Assembly: GCA_027593235.1 (NCBI GenBank)
Contig: JAQCIU010000002.1
Coordinates: forward strand, 91,357 to 155,356
Length of the DNA: 64,000 nt
Reading direction: 5' to 3'
From: Chloroflexota bacterium
GTDB taxonomy: Bacteria; Chloroflexota; Dehalococcoidia; UBA2979
Of this stretch, positions 8,336 through 17,608 are shown one piece after another (within the stretch, counting starts at the first letter, position 1; each line of letters begins with the position of its first letter). The notes below the pieces were generated by a model. That model was not told where the DNA came from. It made no database searches and saw nothing but the letters and a program-made list of their open reading frames with translations. The position numbers and the translations under genes were made by a program.

Positions 8336-10923
8336 TCGGCCTTCGTCTGCTGCGCCTGTTCGCGGAGCGCGAGCACCTCGACGGGCGTGGTTTCGAGGAC
8401 GCCCGTCGCGCGGAGGGCGGCGATCTCCGCTTCGCTCTTTCCGAGGACGTCTCGGAGTACGTAGTCCGTGTGCTGGCCGAGGGTCGGCGCGGCGCGGCGG
8501 ATCTCGCCCGGGGTGCGGCTGAAGCGCCAGGGGATCCCGCTCACGAGGTGCGGACCGACGGACTTGTGGTCAACGATCGGCCAGAAGCCGCGGGCCTGGA
8601 GATGCGGGTCGTCGACGACACGTCGATTTTCGGCGACGACGCCGGCGGCGATGCCGGCGGATTGCAGCTCGGACATCGCGAGATCACGGTGGCGCGTCTC
8701 GGTCCACGCGGTGATCGCGGCGTCGATCTCGTCGTGGCGGGAACGGCGGCCGACGAGTGTCTGGAGCGCGGGCGCCGCAGCGAGGTCGGGTTGGCCGATC
8801 GCGACGGCAAGGGCACGCCACTCCTCGGTGGATCCGACCGCGAGGGCGACCCACGCGTCTTCGCCGGCGCAGCGGTAGACGCCGCTGGGGGCCATGAACT
8901 CGTCGCGGTTACCGATGCGCTGTGGCTCGTTGCCGGTCAGTTCGTACTCGACCACCTCGTCACCGAGCCAGCAGATCGCGGCCTCGCGCTGGGAGAGGTC
9001 GATGTAGCTGCCACGGCCGGTGCGGCGGCGGTGGTGGAGCGCGGTGAGGATGTAGCCGGTGGCATGGATCCCGGCGATCGGGTCGCCGTAGTTGATGCCT
9101 GACTTCATCGGGATGTCGCCGGGATAGCCGGTGCGACCGACGATGCCGCCGAGCTGTTCAATCGCGACGCCGTAGCCGACGTACTTGCCTTCCGGTCCGC
9201 CGTTGCCGCTGGGCGGCATGGAGATGAAGACGGTGTCCTCGCGGATGCTCTTGAGCACCTCGTAGCCGTAGCCCATGCGCTCGAAGACGCCTCCGCCGAA
9301 GTTCTCGACGACCACGTCCGCCTTCGCGATCAGTTCGTGGAGGATGGCGCGGCCCTCGGGAGCGAGGATGTTCATGCAGAGGTCGAACTTGCCGCGGTTC
9401 AGCTTGTTGAAGTAGCCGTTGCGGTTCCAAGGCTCGTCGCCCGGATCGTCGTTGGCGTACATCCCGATCGGGCTGTTCGGGATCGCGATCGCCGCGCCGC
9501 GGACGGAGTCGAGGTGGCTGTTGACCTCGACCTTGATGACGGTGGCTCCGAGGTCGCCCATCAGCTTGGTGGCGTAGGGGCCGGCCCAGACCATCGAGAG
9601 ATCGAGGATCGTCACGTCCTCCAGCGGACCGGCGCAGGTCATGTCCTCGTTGAGCGGGTCGGTCGGGCCGGCCAACGGGAAGACCCCGTTGGTGACCGGG
9701 GGCGCCTGCACGGAGACCGGGTGCGGGCGGACCGGCGACTGCGCCTCGGGGGCCGGGGTGCCGTCGGTGGATGGCGGGCCGCCGGGGAGCGTCGCGAAGA
9801 CCTCGGTGTCGTGCTCGCCGAGGAGGGGTGCGCGCCCAAGCGTCCAGAGGCCGTCGGTGAAGCGGGCGGCCATCGTGGGGTAGCGCGCGGGGCCGGCGAC
9901 GGGGTGGTCGATCTCCTGGAAGAAGTCGCGGTACTGGAGCTGCTCGGACTTGAAGAAGTCGGCTGGCGTCGCCACGAAGCCGAAGGGCATGCCGAGCGCC
10001 TGGGCGCGGTGGTAGATGTCCTCCTTCTCGTGGGTGACGAGGAAGGGGAGCATCAGGGCGTCGATCTCGTCGCGCAGGAAGCTGGCGGCACCGGGCGCGG
10101 AGAAGCGAGCGTCCGCGAGGGCTTCGCTCTCGACGAGCTGCGGGATCATCGCCCAGCGCCTCGGTGGTCCCGAGACGACCCCGACATAACCATCGGCGGC
10201 GGGGTAGACGCCCCAGGCGGCGCGGGAGCCGTTCCCGGAGCGCGGCCAGATGTCCCCGCGGTAGATCCAGACCATGTCGGTGAACTCGAGCAGCGAGGCG
10301 ACGCACTCGTGGATCGAGACGTCGACATGCTGGCCGCGTCCCGAGGTGGCGCGCTCCCAGAGCGCGACGAGCGTGGCATCGAAGGCGTTGTGCCCGGCGC
10401 CGTACGCGCCGAGGTAGCCGCCGTTCTTCAGCGGCTCGCGATCGGGCTCGCCGGTGGTGTGCATCAGGCCACCGAGGGCGTAAGTGGTGATCTCCCAGGC
10501 GGCGAGATCGCTGTAGGGACCGTCCTGTCCGAAGTCGGTGATGGAGACGCAGATCAGGTTCGGGAACGCCGAGTTGAGCTCGTCGTAACCGAGGCCCCAG
10601 CGCGCCAGCGTTCCGGGGCGGTAGCCCTCGACGAGCACGTCGGCGTCAGCGAGCAGCTCCCGCAGCGCGCGGCGCCCGTCCTCGCTCTCCAGCTCGAGCG
10701 TGACGGAACGCTTGCCCTGGTTGAGGTAGAGCTGGAACGCACCGACCTCGATGTTGCCGTCTTTGCCTTCGGGGAACGGACCCCAGTGGCGGATCGGATC
10801 GCCGCCAGGGCGTTCGACCTTGATCACGTCGGCGCCGAAACCCGCGAGCATACGCGTGCACCACGGGCCGGAGATGTAGCTGCTGAGATCGACAACCTTG
10901 AGGCCGGTGAGCGGACCGTCCAC
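8332..10923 (-). CDS. Class III CoA-transferase, tandem two-domain fusion
   Basis: GTG 10923 after GAGGAGG. Two CaiB domains (GPLTGLKVVDLS; GPLEDVTILDLSMVWAGP) joined by a Pro-rich linker; YGDPIAG Asp in the second domain. Confidence 0.92.
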   Translation of the reverse strand: MDGPLTGLKVVDLSSYISGPWCTRMLAGFGADVIKVERPGGDPIRHWGPFPEGKDGNIEVGAFQLYLNQGKRSVTLELESEDGRRALRELLADADVLVEGYRPGTLARWGLGYDELNSAFPNLICVSITDFGQDGPYSDLAAWEITTYALGGLMHTTGEPDREPLKNGGYLGAYGAGHNAFDATLVALWERATSGRGQHVDVSIHECVASLLEFTDMVWIYRGDIWPRSGNGSRAAWGVYPAADGYVGVVSGPPRRWAMIPQLVESEALADARFSAPGAASFLRDEIDALMLPFLVTHEKEDIYHRAQALGMPFGFVATPADFFKSEQLQYRDFFQEIDHPVAGPARYPTMAARFTDGLWTLGRAPLLGEHDTEVFATLPGGPPSTDGTPAPEAQSPVRPHPVSVQAPPVTNGVFPLAGPTDPLNEDMTCAGPLEDVTILDLSMVWAGPYATKLMGDLGATVIKVEVNSHLDSVRGAAIAIPNSPIGMYANDDPGDEPWNRNGYFNKLNRGKFDLCMNILAPEGRAILHELIAKADVVVENFGGGVFERMGYGYEVLKSIREDTVFISMPPSGNGGPEGKYVGYGVAIEQLGGIVGRTGYPGDIPMKSGINYGDPIAGIHATGYILTALHHRRRTGRGSYIDLSQREAAICWLGDEVVEYELTGNEPQRIGNRDEFMAPSGVYRCAGEDAWVALAVGSTEEWRALAVAIGQPDLAAAPALQTLVGRRSRHDEIDAAITAWTETRHRDLAMSELQSAGIAAGVVAENRRVVDDPHLQARGFWPIVDHKSVGPHLVSGIPWRFSRTPGEIRRAAPTLGQHTDYVLRDVLGKSEAEIAALRATGVLETTPVEVLALREQAQQTKAD

Positions 10924-11160
10924 GGATCCTCCTCGGAGCCTGCACCCGGTGAACACCGCTGTGGCGGGGGGGGGAGGCGGGGACACGATAGCGGACCTGA
11001 CGCCGGCGAGAGAGTGTTGACGCCGCCGGTTGGTGCTCCGCGCACACGGCGCTGCTCGCGGACTGGATTCGCACCCCTCGAAATGTCGATGCTGGATCAC
11101 GGGACCGTCAGGTGACGGTGTACGGTCGGCACGAGAATCGGCCATGCATGAGGTGGGGCG

Positions 11161-12213
11161 ATGAAACGACTGGTGGTTTGTTGCGATGGCACCTGGAACA
11201 GCGACGACGCGAAGAATCCAACGAATGTCGTCAAGCTATATCGAGCGATTGTGCTGCAGGACGGGAACGTCCCGCAGATTCCCTGGTACGACCCGGGGGT
11301 GGGCACTGAGAACCGACTGAGTCGTGCGATCGGTGGCGTCACCGGCCTCGGTCTGACGCAGAACGTCGAGGATGCGTACCGCTTCCTGATCCGGAACTAC
11401 GAGCCCGGCGACGAGGTTTATCTGTTCGGCTTCAGCCGCGGGGCGTATACCGCGCGCAGCCTGGGTGGGCTGATCCGCAACAGCGGGATCTTGCGTCGCG
11501 ACTACGAGGCGCGCGTCAGCCAGGCGATCAAGCTGTACCGCGACCGCAAACGCGATCCGTACCACCCGGCCGTGGTGCGGTTCCGCGGGGACTTTTCGCA
11601 CCCGGACTTCCGGTTGAAGCTGATCGGTGTGTGGGACACCGTTGGTGCGCTGGGCATCCCCGGCAACGTTTTCACGAAGCTGAACCAACACTTGAACAGC
11701 TTCCACGACGTGAAGCTGAGCCGGAGCGTCGAGTTTGGGTACCAGGCGCTGGCGGTCGATGAGCATCGTCGGGCGTTCTCGGCAGCGCTCTGGGAGGTAC
11801 AGGACGATCCGACGGCGACCGCGGGGAACATCGGGTCGCTTGGTGGATCGCAGGTCGTGGAGCAGGTCTGGTTCGCGGGGGCGCATTCGGACGTCGGTGG
11901 GGGGTACTCCGATCACCGGCTGTCGGACGCCGCGCTGACATGGATGTTGGAACGGGTCGCGGCAGCGGGGCTGGCGCTGAAATCGGATGCGATCCCCGGT
12001 GACGTCGGCGCCCACGACGCGCGCATCCACAACTCACGCAGCGGCATCTTCCAGTACCTCCCCGGGATCGACCGCGAGGTGGGCAAGCAGGCCGTCGAGG
12101 ACGTGCACGAGACCGTACAGGAGCGTGTGCGCTCCTCGGACTATGCGCCGAAGGGGCTGCGGGAGTCGCGGTTCTGGGCGGCGCTGAGAGGCGGGAGTGA
12201 TGGCACGCATTGA
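11161..12213 (+). CDS. DUF2235 alpha/beta hydrolase (Tle1-like phospholipase domain)
   Basis: KRLVVCCDGTWN, PTNVVKL, YDPGVGT, GFSRGA nucleophile elbow, GVWDTV, DEHR, WFAGAHSDVGGG. Confidence 0.92.
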   Translation: MKRLVVCCDGTWNSDDAKNPTNVVKLYRAIVLQDGNVPQIPWYDPGVGTENRLSRAIGGVTGLGLTQNVEDAYRFLIRNYEPGDEVYLFGFSRGAYTARSLGGLIRNSGILRRDYEARVSQAIKLYRDRKRDPYHPAVVRFRGDFSHPDFRLKLIGVWDTVGALGIPGNVFTKLNQHLNSFHDVKLSRSVEFGYQALAVDEHRRAFSAALWEVQDDPTATAGNIGSLGGSQVVEQVWFAGAHSDVGGGYSDHRLSDAALTWMLERVAAAGLALKSDAIPGDVGAHDARIHNSRSGIFQYLPGIDREVGKQAVEDVHETVQERVRSSDYAPKGLRESRFWAALRGGSDGTH

Positions 12214-13144
12214 GGTGCTGAACCCGTTCCGCGCGGCGGCGACGGTGACGTCCTCGTCGCTGCAGGGTCACCACGTGCCGTACGGCGGGACGATGTCCTG
12301 CGACATGGACGTGGACACGCCGAGCCGCGGCACACCCGTCTTCTTCCGGCTGGCGACCAACGGCCCGGCGTTGCGGGGCCGGGTCGAAAGTGTGCGTCCC
12401 GCCTGCGCCAGCAAGCAGGCCGAGGACGGCGGGTTCGTGGTCGTGATCGCGCTGGAGCGCGATAGCGGCGAAGCGACCGGCCTGCGGATGGCTTACGCGC
12501 ACCTCGATCCGCTAGCGGTCGCGGTGGGGGATCTGCTCGACGCGAGCGGGACGCTACTTGGCGCGCTCGGGCCGGATCAGCCTCAGGACTGGGGCCCCGA
12601 GCGCGGGCTGAGCGGGCACGAGCATCCGCCCGAGGATCCGCGGCGCGCCGAGTACCACTCGCGCTGCGCGCAGCACTCGCACCTCCACCTCGAGGGATTT
12701 GGTGCGGACGCGGTACTCCGCGCGCGCGGCCGGCCGGGCAACGACGAGGCGCTGGTGTCGTTCACCGCAGCGGGCGAGCTGACGGAGACCGAGGTGGTGG
12801 TCGAAGCGGCGTCCTCGATTGCGACGCATACCGAGGCGACGGCGTCCGTCGTCGTGGAAGCGCAGCCGGGGACCTACGTGGTGCAGGCGGGCGATTCGCT
12901 ACTGGAGATCGCAGCCAAGCTCGGCATCCCGCTGGCCTCGCTGGTCGCGGCGAACGCAGGGTTGGTCGAGCCCGGCGACGAGCTGGTGGTACCGGGTCAG
13001 GTGTACGTCGTGCGGCCTCGGGACACGCTCGCGGAGATCGCGTCCCGTTTCAGCGTGGGGCTGGCGGCGCTGGTCGAGGTCAACGGGATCGTGAACGCGA
13101 ACCTGATCGAGGTTGGCCAGGTGCTCGCGATTCCTCGGTCGTAG
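12200..13144 (+). CDS. Putative M23-like zinc peptidase with two C-terminal LysM domains
   Basis: LysM repeats YVVQAGDSLLEIA and YVVRPRDTLAEIA...NGIVNANLIEVGQVLAIP; M23-like YAHL and HSHLHLE motifs, with HH...D near the N-terminus. Confidence 0.75.
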   Translation: MARIEVLNPFRAAATVTSSSLQGHHVPYGGTMSCDMDVDTPSRGTPVFFRLATNGPALRGRVESVRPACASKQAEDGGFVVVIALERDSGEATGLRMAYAHLDPLAVAVGDLLDASGTLLGALGPDQPQDWGPERGLSGHEHPPEDPRRAEYHSRCAQHSHLHLEGFGADAVLRARGRPGNDEALVSFTAAGELTETEVVVEAASSIATHTEATASVVVEAQPGTYVVQAGDSLLEIAAKLGIPLASLVAANAGLVEPGDELVVPGQVYVVRPRDTLAEIASRFSVGLAALVEVNGIVNANLIEVGQVLAIPRS

Positions 13145-13169
13145 CGCCGCTCTCGAGGCGCGTGAGGGT

Positions 13170-13361
13170 CAATCGCGCGGCGCGGAGCATTCCGGTCCGC
13201 GAAAAGGCTCCGCGCGCCTTGTCGCTGGCTGCGACGGCGCCGAGGAACCACCCGGACACGGGAACGCCGCGGAACGCCGCGGCAAGCACGCTTGCGAAGC
13301 GCTCGGCGTCCGCTGGGAGCGCTGGGCGGATCAGGGTGGCCGGTCCGGCGGATGAAGACAT
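13170..13361 (-). pseudogene. Truncated GNAT acetyltransferase N-terminus
   Basis: MSSSAGPATLIRPALPADAERFASVLAAAFRGVPVSGWFL resembles GNAT beta1-alpha1 (IRPA..AD....LA.AF..P...W). No acetyl-CoA binding motif follows before the frame runs into the LysM gene. Confidence 0.45.
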
Positions 13362-13520
13362 TGGTAATCCTGGGAAGAGCCACCCGGGGGCCGGGGATCG
13401 TAGCTTAGGTGAGTCGCTCGCCCTCGGGCCGTGAGGTGCCGTCTGGCTTTGGCGCTGCGATCGTGGATCCGAGGGCTCGTCGCCGGGTGGTGGCGAGGGT
13501 AGCCGGCAGGCGGCTGACCA

Positions 13521-14195
13521 GTGTTGCAGATGCCACCGAAACGGCTGATTGTCGTCGGCGCGATCCTGCTCGTAGTGATCGTGATTGCGCAGACGCAGTT
13601 GCGGGTCTCGCTGGACGACATCCAGTCCGCGGTCGATCGCGCTGGTGTGCTTGCGCCGATCGTCTATGCCGTGGTGCTGTTCCTCGGACTCTCGGTGCCG
13701 TTCAACCCCGTCTCGGATGTGGCGACGGTCAACGTCGCGGCGCTGGTCTTCGAGCCGGAGGTCGCGATCGTCGCGACGATCGCTGCTCAGTCCGTTTCGC
13801 TGACTGTGAATTACTTCATCGCCCGCCGGTTCGGGCACGTGCTGCTGAGGTTGGCGACCGGGCGTGGCCGGATCGATATCGTCACACGCCTTGAGCAGCG
13901 AATCAGCTACCGCACGGTCTTCCTCACGCGCTTTCTGTTGCCACTGACCGCGATCGGTGTCGACTTCATCAGTTACCTGGCCGGGATGCGACGGCTCGGG
14001 TTCTGGTCGTTCTTCGTGGCCAGCATCGTGCCGTGGATCCTGCTCGATCTCGTCTACTTCTACTCGACGGCCTATCTGAAGGATCGGTCGCTGCTGTTGT
14101 TTTTCGTGCCCGCCGTCGCGTTGATCTTCGGGCCGGGCGCGCTGGTGCTGGCGTGGCGTCGGTGGCGCGGCCGCCGAGCGGCCGAAGGGGCCTGA
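13521..14195 (+). CDS. TVP38/TMEM64 (VTT/DedA-like) membrane protein
   Basis: Multiple TM segments; YFIARRFG, RFLLPL...DFISYLAG, FFVASIV pattern. Confidence 0.85.
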   Translation: MLQMPPKRLIVVGAILLVVIVIAQTQLRVSLDDIQSAVDRAGVLAPIVYAVVLFLGLSVPFNPVSDVATVNVAALVFEPEVAIVATIAAQSVSLTVNYFIARRFGHVLLRLATGRGRIDIVTRLEQRISYRTVFLTRFLLPLTAIGVDFISYLAGMRRLGFWSFFVASIVPWILLDLVYFYSTAYLKDRSLLLFFVPAVALIFGPGALVLAWRRWRGRRAAEGA

Positions 14196-14285
14196 GACCC
14201 TTCGCCAGCCCTCGTGGGGATCGCTAGTCTGCGGCGTGGGCGCGCGGCGCGGCCCGATGCGGACGAAACGAGCGAGGGGGACACG

Positions 14286-15419
14286 ATGGTCGATGGACTG
14301 GGTGCGCTGGGTGGCGGGCTGGGGATGTTGCCGTTGCTGTCGAATGCGCGGACACGCTCGATTTCCGCCGAGAACCCCGATGGAGCGGCTGGCGGCGGCG
14401 GCCGCGCGGAACCGAACCCGGAGGGACCGGGGAGACGTCTCGGCAAGGGCTGGAAGTCGCGGCCGTACCTGACACTGCTGGCCGGCTCGACGACGACGCT
14501 GGCGGAGATCGACGGACCGGGCGTGATCCAGCACATCTGGATCACGGTGGAGAGCGCCGCCTTCCGGAGCTGCATCCTCCGCATGTACTGGGACGACGAG
14601 GAGACGCCATCCGTCGAGGTGCCAGTGGGGGACTTCTTCGCGAACAGCCACGGGCTGCGATATGACGTGTCGTCGATCCCGGTGGCCGTCAATCCGCAGG
14701 GCGGTTTCAACTGCTACTGGCCGATGCCGTTCCGCAAGAAGGCGCGCATCACGGTGGAAAACCAGCTCGGCTCCGAGATCCGGGCGTGGTTCTTCCAGAT
14801 CGATTACGCGCTGGATGAGGTGCCGGCGGACGCGGCTTACTTCCACGCACAGTGGCGTCAGTCGATGACGACGCGGGAGCACCCGGAGCACACGATTCTG
14901 GATGGCGTCGAGGGCCGCGGTCACTACGTGGGCACCGCGCTCGGCTGGACGCAGATGTCCGATGGTTGGTGGGGCGATGGCGAGGTCAAGTTCTTCATGG
15001 ACGGGGACGACGAGTACCCGACGATCTGCGGCACCGGGACGGAGGACTACTTCGGCGGCGCGTGGGCGTTCGGCGACACGTACTCCACGCCGTTCCTCGG
15101 CTACCCGTTGTGGAGCCGAGAGCCGGGGGAGGTGCCGAAGCACGGCCTGTACCGCTGGCACGTACTGGATCCGATCCGGTTCCAGGAAGAACTGCGGGTC
15201 ACAATCCAGGCGCTCGGCTGGTACCCCGATCGGTCGTACCAACCGCTGACCGACGAACTGGCCTCGGTGGCGTACTGGTACCAACTCGAGCCGCATGGGG
15301 CGTTCCCACTGCTGCCCGCGGCCGAGCAGCGGTTATCCCGCATCAGCGCGGCGTTGGGACGGCGGGCGCCAGCGATCGAGGGCCGGCCCTCGGGACCGCC
15401 GCCGTGGGCACCTCGGTAG
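14286..15419 (+). CDS. Glycoside hydrolase family 172 (DUF2961)
   Basis: RSISAENPDG, GPGVIQHIWIT, PSVEVPVGDFF, NCYWPMPF, WWGDGEVKFFMDGD, GTGTEDYFGGAW, YRWHVLDPIRF. Confidence 0.9.
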   Translation: MVDGLGALGGGLGMLPLLSNARTRSISAENPDGAAGGGGRAEPNPEGPGRRLGKGWKSRPYLTLLAGSTTTLAEIDGPGVIQHIWITVESAAFRSCILRMYWDDEETPSVEVPVGDFFANSHGLRYDVSSIPVAVNPQGGFNCYWPMPFRKKARITVENQLGSEIRAWFFQIDYALDEVPADAAYFHAQWRQSMTTREHPEHTILDGVEGRGHYVGTALGWTQMSDGWWGDGEVKFFMDGDDEYPTICGTGTEDYFGGAWAFGDTYSTPFLGYPLWSREPGEVPKHGLYRWHVLDPIRFQEELRVTIQALGWYPDRSYQPLTDELASVAYWYQLEPHGAFPLLPAAEQRLSRISAALGRRAPAIEGRPSGPPPWAPR

Positions 15420-15424
15420 CGGCG

Positions 15425-16486
15425 CTAGGAGTCGGTGCCGTCCTGCGTGGCGTCGGCCGCAAGCAGGTTGGCGGCGGGGTAGCGCTGCTGGAAGAAGTCC
15501 CAGGTGGCCTTCGAGAGCTGCTGCCCCAGCAGGACGTCGCCGTACTTGGTCGGGACGTGCTGGGAGAAGAAGGAGACCGCGTAGGCACGTTGCTCGCCGT
15601 CCTGCTCAAAGCGGACGATACCGATGTCGTTGTCGACCCACTTCCCGGAGTCGGTCGGGAGGAATCCGTTCTTGTGGCTGACGGGGACCTCGGGACCGAC
15701 GGCGAGCAGGTAGTTGAGGCCGTCCTTCACCCCCGTCATCTTCTCGAGGAGGTAGTCGCGCCACTCGTCGTCGAGGATGCCGTCGGCATAGCTGGCGCGC
15801 AGTGCCTCGTTCATCGCCGCGGCGGTGATGTAGTTGTTGCGGTCGACGCCCAGCGAGTCGTGCGCGTAAAGCGGCGGGTCGTCGAAGACCGCGCCGTCGC
15901 CGGCCAACCCCTCGATCAGTGCGGCGACGCGCTCGAGGCCGGCGATCACGTCGCCGTCGCCCGCGAGGCGGTACAGCTCACGGGCGGTCACCGGGTTGCT
16001 GGTGCGAATCGTCGCCGCGATCAGATCCCCGACCGCTGATTCCTCGATCCGTCCGTCCTGCACGTCGATCGTCGATTGCAGCAGCACGAAGTAGTTGACG
16101 GTGCAGCCAGTGAGCTGCGGCCGATCGAGGTTCACACCGACGCTTTCGCCGGTCTGCATGTCGGTGACAGCGAAGGCGAACTCGCCTGGACTCGCGTAGG
16201 CGTCGGCGAGCGTGTTGAGCGATTCTTCGAGCACCGACAGATCGAACCCGGGATCGAAGATCGGGAGCTCGGGGACGGGCATTGCCGTAGGGGAGGCGGC
16301 AGGCGCGGTGGGAGTAGGCGTTGCGACCGCCGGAGGCGCGGTCGCCGACGCACCGGCAGTCGAGGAAGCGCCGGCGGCGCTTGTGCCGTTGACCGGCGTC
16401 GGGCTGGCGTCGGGACTGCTGCACGCGATCAGGAATGCGCCGGCGACGAGCAGCGGCAGCAGCACAGAGAGAGTTCTGTGTGTCAT
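15425..16486 (-). CDS. Lipoprotein with class A beta-lactamase/serine hydrolase-like fold, degenerate active site
   Basis: Lipobox FLIAC and Pro/Ala/Thr linker; fold landmarks AVTDMQTGE, NYITAAAM, VSHKNG, NDIGIV. The SxxK position reads CTVN. Confidence 0.75.
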   Translation of the reverse strand: MTHRTLSVLLPLLVAGAFLIACSSPDASPTPVNGTSAAGASSTAGASATAPPAVATPTPTAPAASPTAMPVPELPIFDPGFDLSVLEESLNTLADAYASPGEFAFAVTDMQTGESVGVNLDRPQLTGCTVNYFVLLQSTIDVQDGRIEESAVGDLIAATIRTSNPVTARELYRLAGDGDVIAGLERVAALIEGLAGDGAVFDDPPLYAHDSLGVDRNNYITAAAMNEALRASYADGILDDEWRDYLLEKMTGVKDGLNYLLAVGPEVPVSHKNGFLPTDSGKWVDNDIGIVRFEQDGEQRAYAVSFFSQHVPTKYGDVLLGQQLSKATWDFFQQRYPAANLLAADATQDGTDS

Positions 16487-16642
16487 GCGTTGAGCGTCGG
16501 CGCGAACAGCGGTGTAGTCCAGCAGGTGGTTCCCTCGAGCTTGCAGTCATAACGACCGAGCACGAGGGGGAGGTTCCCGAGGGGCCACGCCGGCGGCTGG
16601 CGCCCTCGGAAGTGGGTTGGCCCGGTCGGCGACGGGCGGGCG

Positions 16643-17455
16643 CTAGTGCTCCACGACCGTGCCGCCGTTGATGTTGATCGACTGGCCGTGGATCCAGGAA
16701 GCCGCTTCGGTGCAGAGGTAGGCGATGAAGTCGCCGACCTCCTCGTCAGTGCCGTTGCGGCCGATCGGCGTGCGTTCCGCCATCTGCTGCCACTGCTCGC
16801 CACGCCCGAGGTCGTCCATGCGGTGGGTGTCGACGGCGCCGGGGCAGACGCAGTTCACGTTGATCCCCATCGGACCCAGTTCCTTCGAGAGACCCTGGGT
16901 CATGCCGACGATGGCGAAATTGGCGGCGTTGTAGGCGAGAGTGTTGGGACTTCCTCGCTTGCCGGCGCTGGAGGAGATCATCACGATCTTGCCGCCGTGA
17001 CCCTCGGCGACGACCTGCTCGACGAACGCCTTCGTCATCAGGTAGCTGCCCGTCACCTTGATATCGAGGACGCGCTGGAAGACCTCGGGATCGAGCTGCA
17101 AGAGCGGAGCGCGATCGGCGCCACGGGCGGCGGCGGCGTTGTTCACGAGGATGTCGACCCGCCCGAACTCCTCGACGGCGCGCAGCACCGTGTTCTGCGC
17201 GTCCTCGACGTTGCGCGCATCGGCGATCAACGGGAGCGCGCGCACGCCAAAGGAGCGGACCTCGTCGGCGGTGCTCTCGATATCGCGCCAGTTCGCGGCT
17301 TTCTCGTCGGCCGGGAAGGTGGAGGGATCGCGGCCCGTGCCGGTAATCACGACATCCGCCCCGAGGCGGGCGAAGGCGACGGCGGCGGCGCGGCCGATGC
17401 CGCGGAGGCGACCGGCCCCGGTGACGATGGCGACTTTGCCCTCGAGTTCTGGCAT
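16643..17455 (-). CDS. Short-chain dehydrogenase/reductase
   Basis: MPELEGKVAIVTGAGRLRGIG, VNNAA, NVNCVCPG. The catalytic YxxxK reads YNAAN. Confidence 0.88.
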   Translation of the reverse strand: MPELEGKVAIVTGAGRLRGIGRAAAVAFARLGADVVITGTGRDPSTFPADEKAANWRDIESTADEVRSFGVRALPLIADARNVEDAQNTVLRAVEEFGRVDILVNNAAAARGADRAPLLQLDPEVFQRVLDIKVTGSYLMTKAFVEQVVAEGHGGKIVMISSSAGKRGSPNTLAYNAANFAIVGMTQGLSKELGPMGINVNCVCPGAVDTHRMDDLGRGEQWQQMAERTPIGRNGTDEEVGDFIAYLCTEAASWIHGQSININGGTVVEH

Positions 17456-17608
17456 TCCTCGGAACCTCCGGATGCGGGGCGTCGGGCGCCCTCGGGTGAT
17501 GCTGCGCGCACGGTACTCGGATCGGCGCGATGGTGTCGCGGCCGGCGGGAGGATGCGGCCTTCGAGGCGGGTGATTTGGAGTAGGCTTCGCCGCAACCGG
17601 AGGCACCA

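Noticed and set aside
10966-10974. Poly-G run upstream of the CoA-transferase as a phase-variable promoter
   Set aside because: A short homopolymer is unremarkable at this GC content and the target gene is not a typical phase-variable one.
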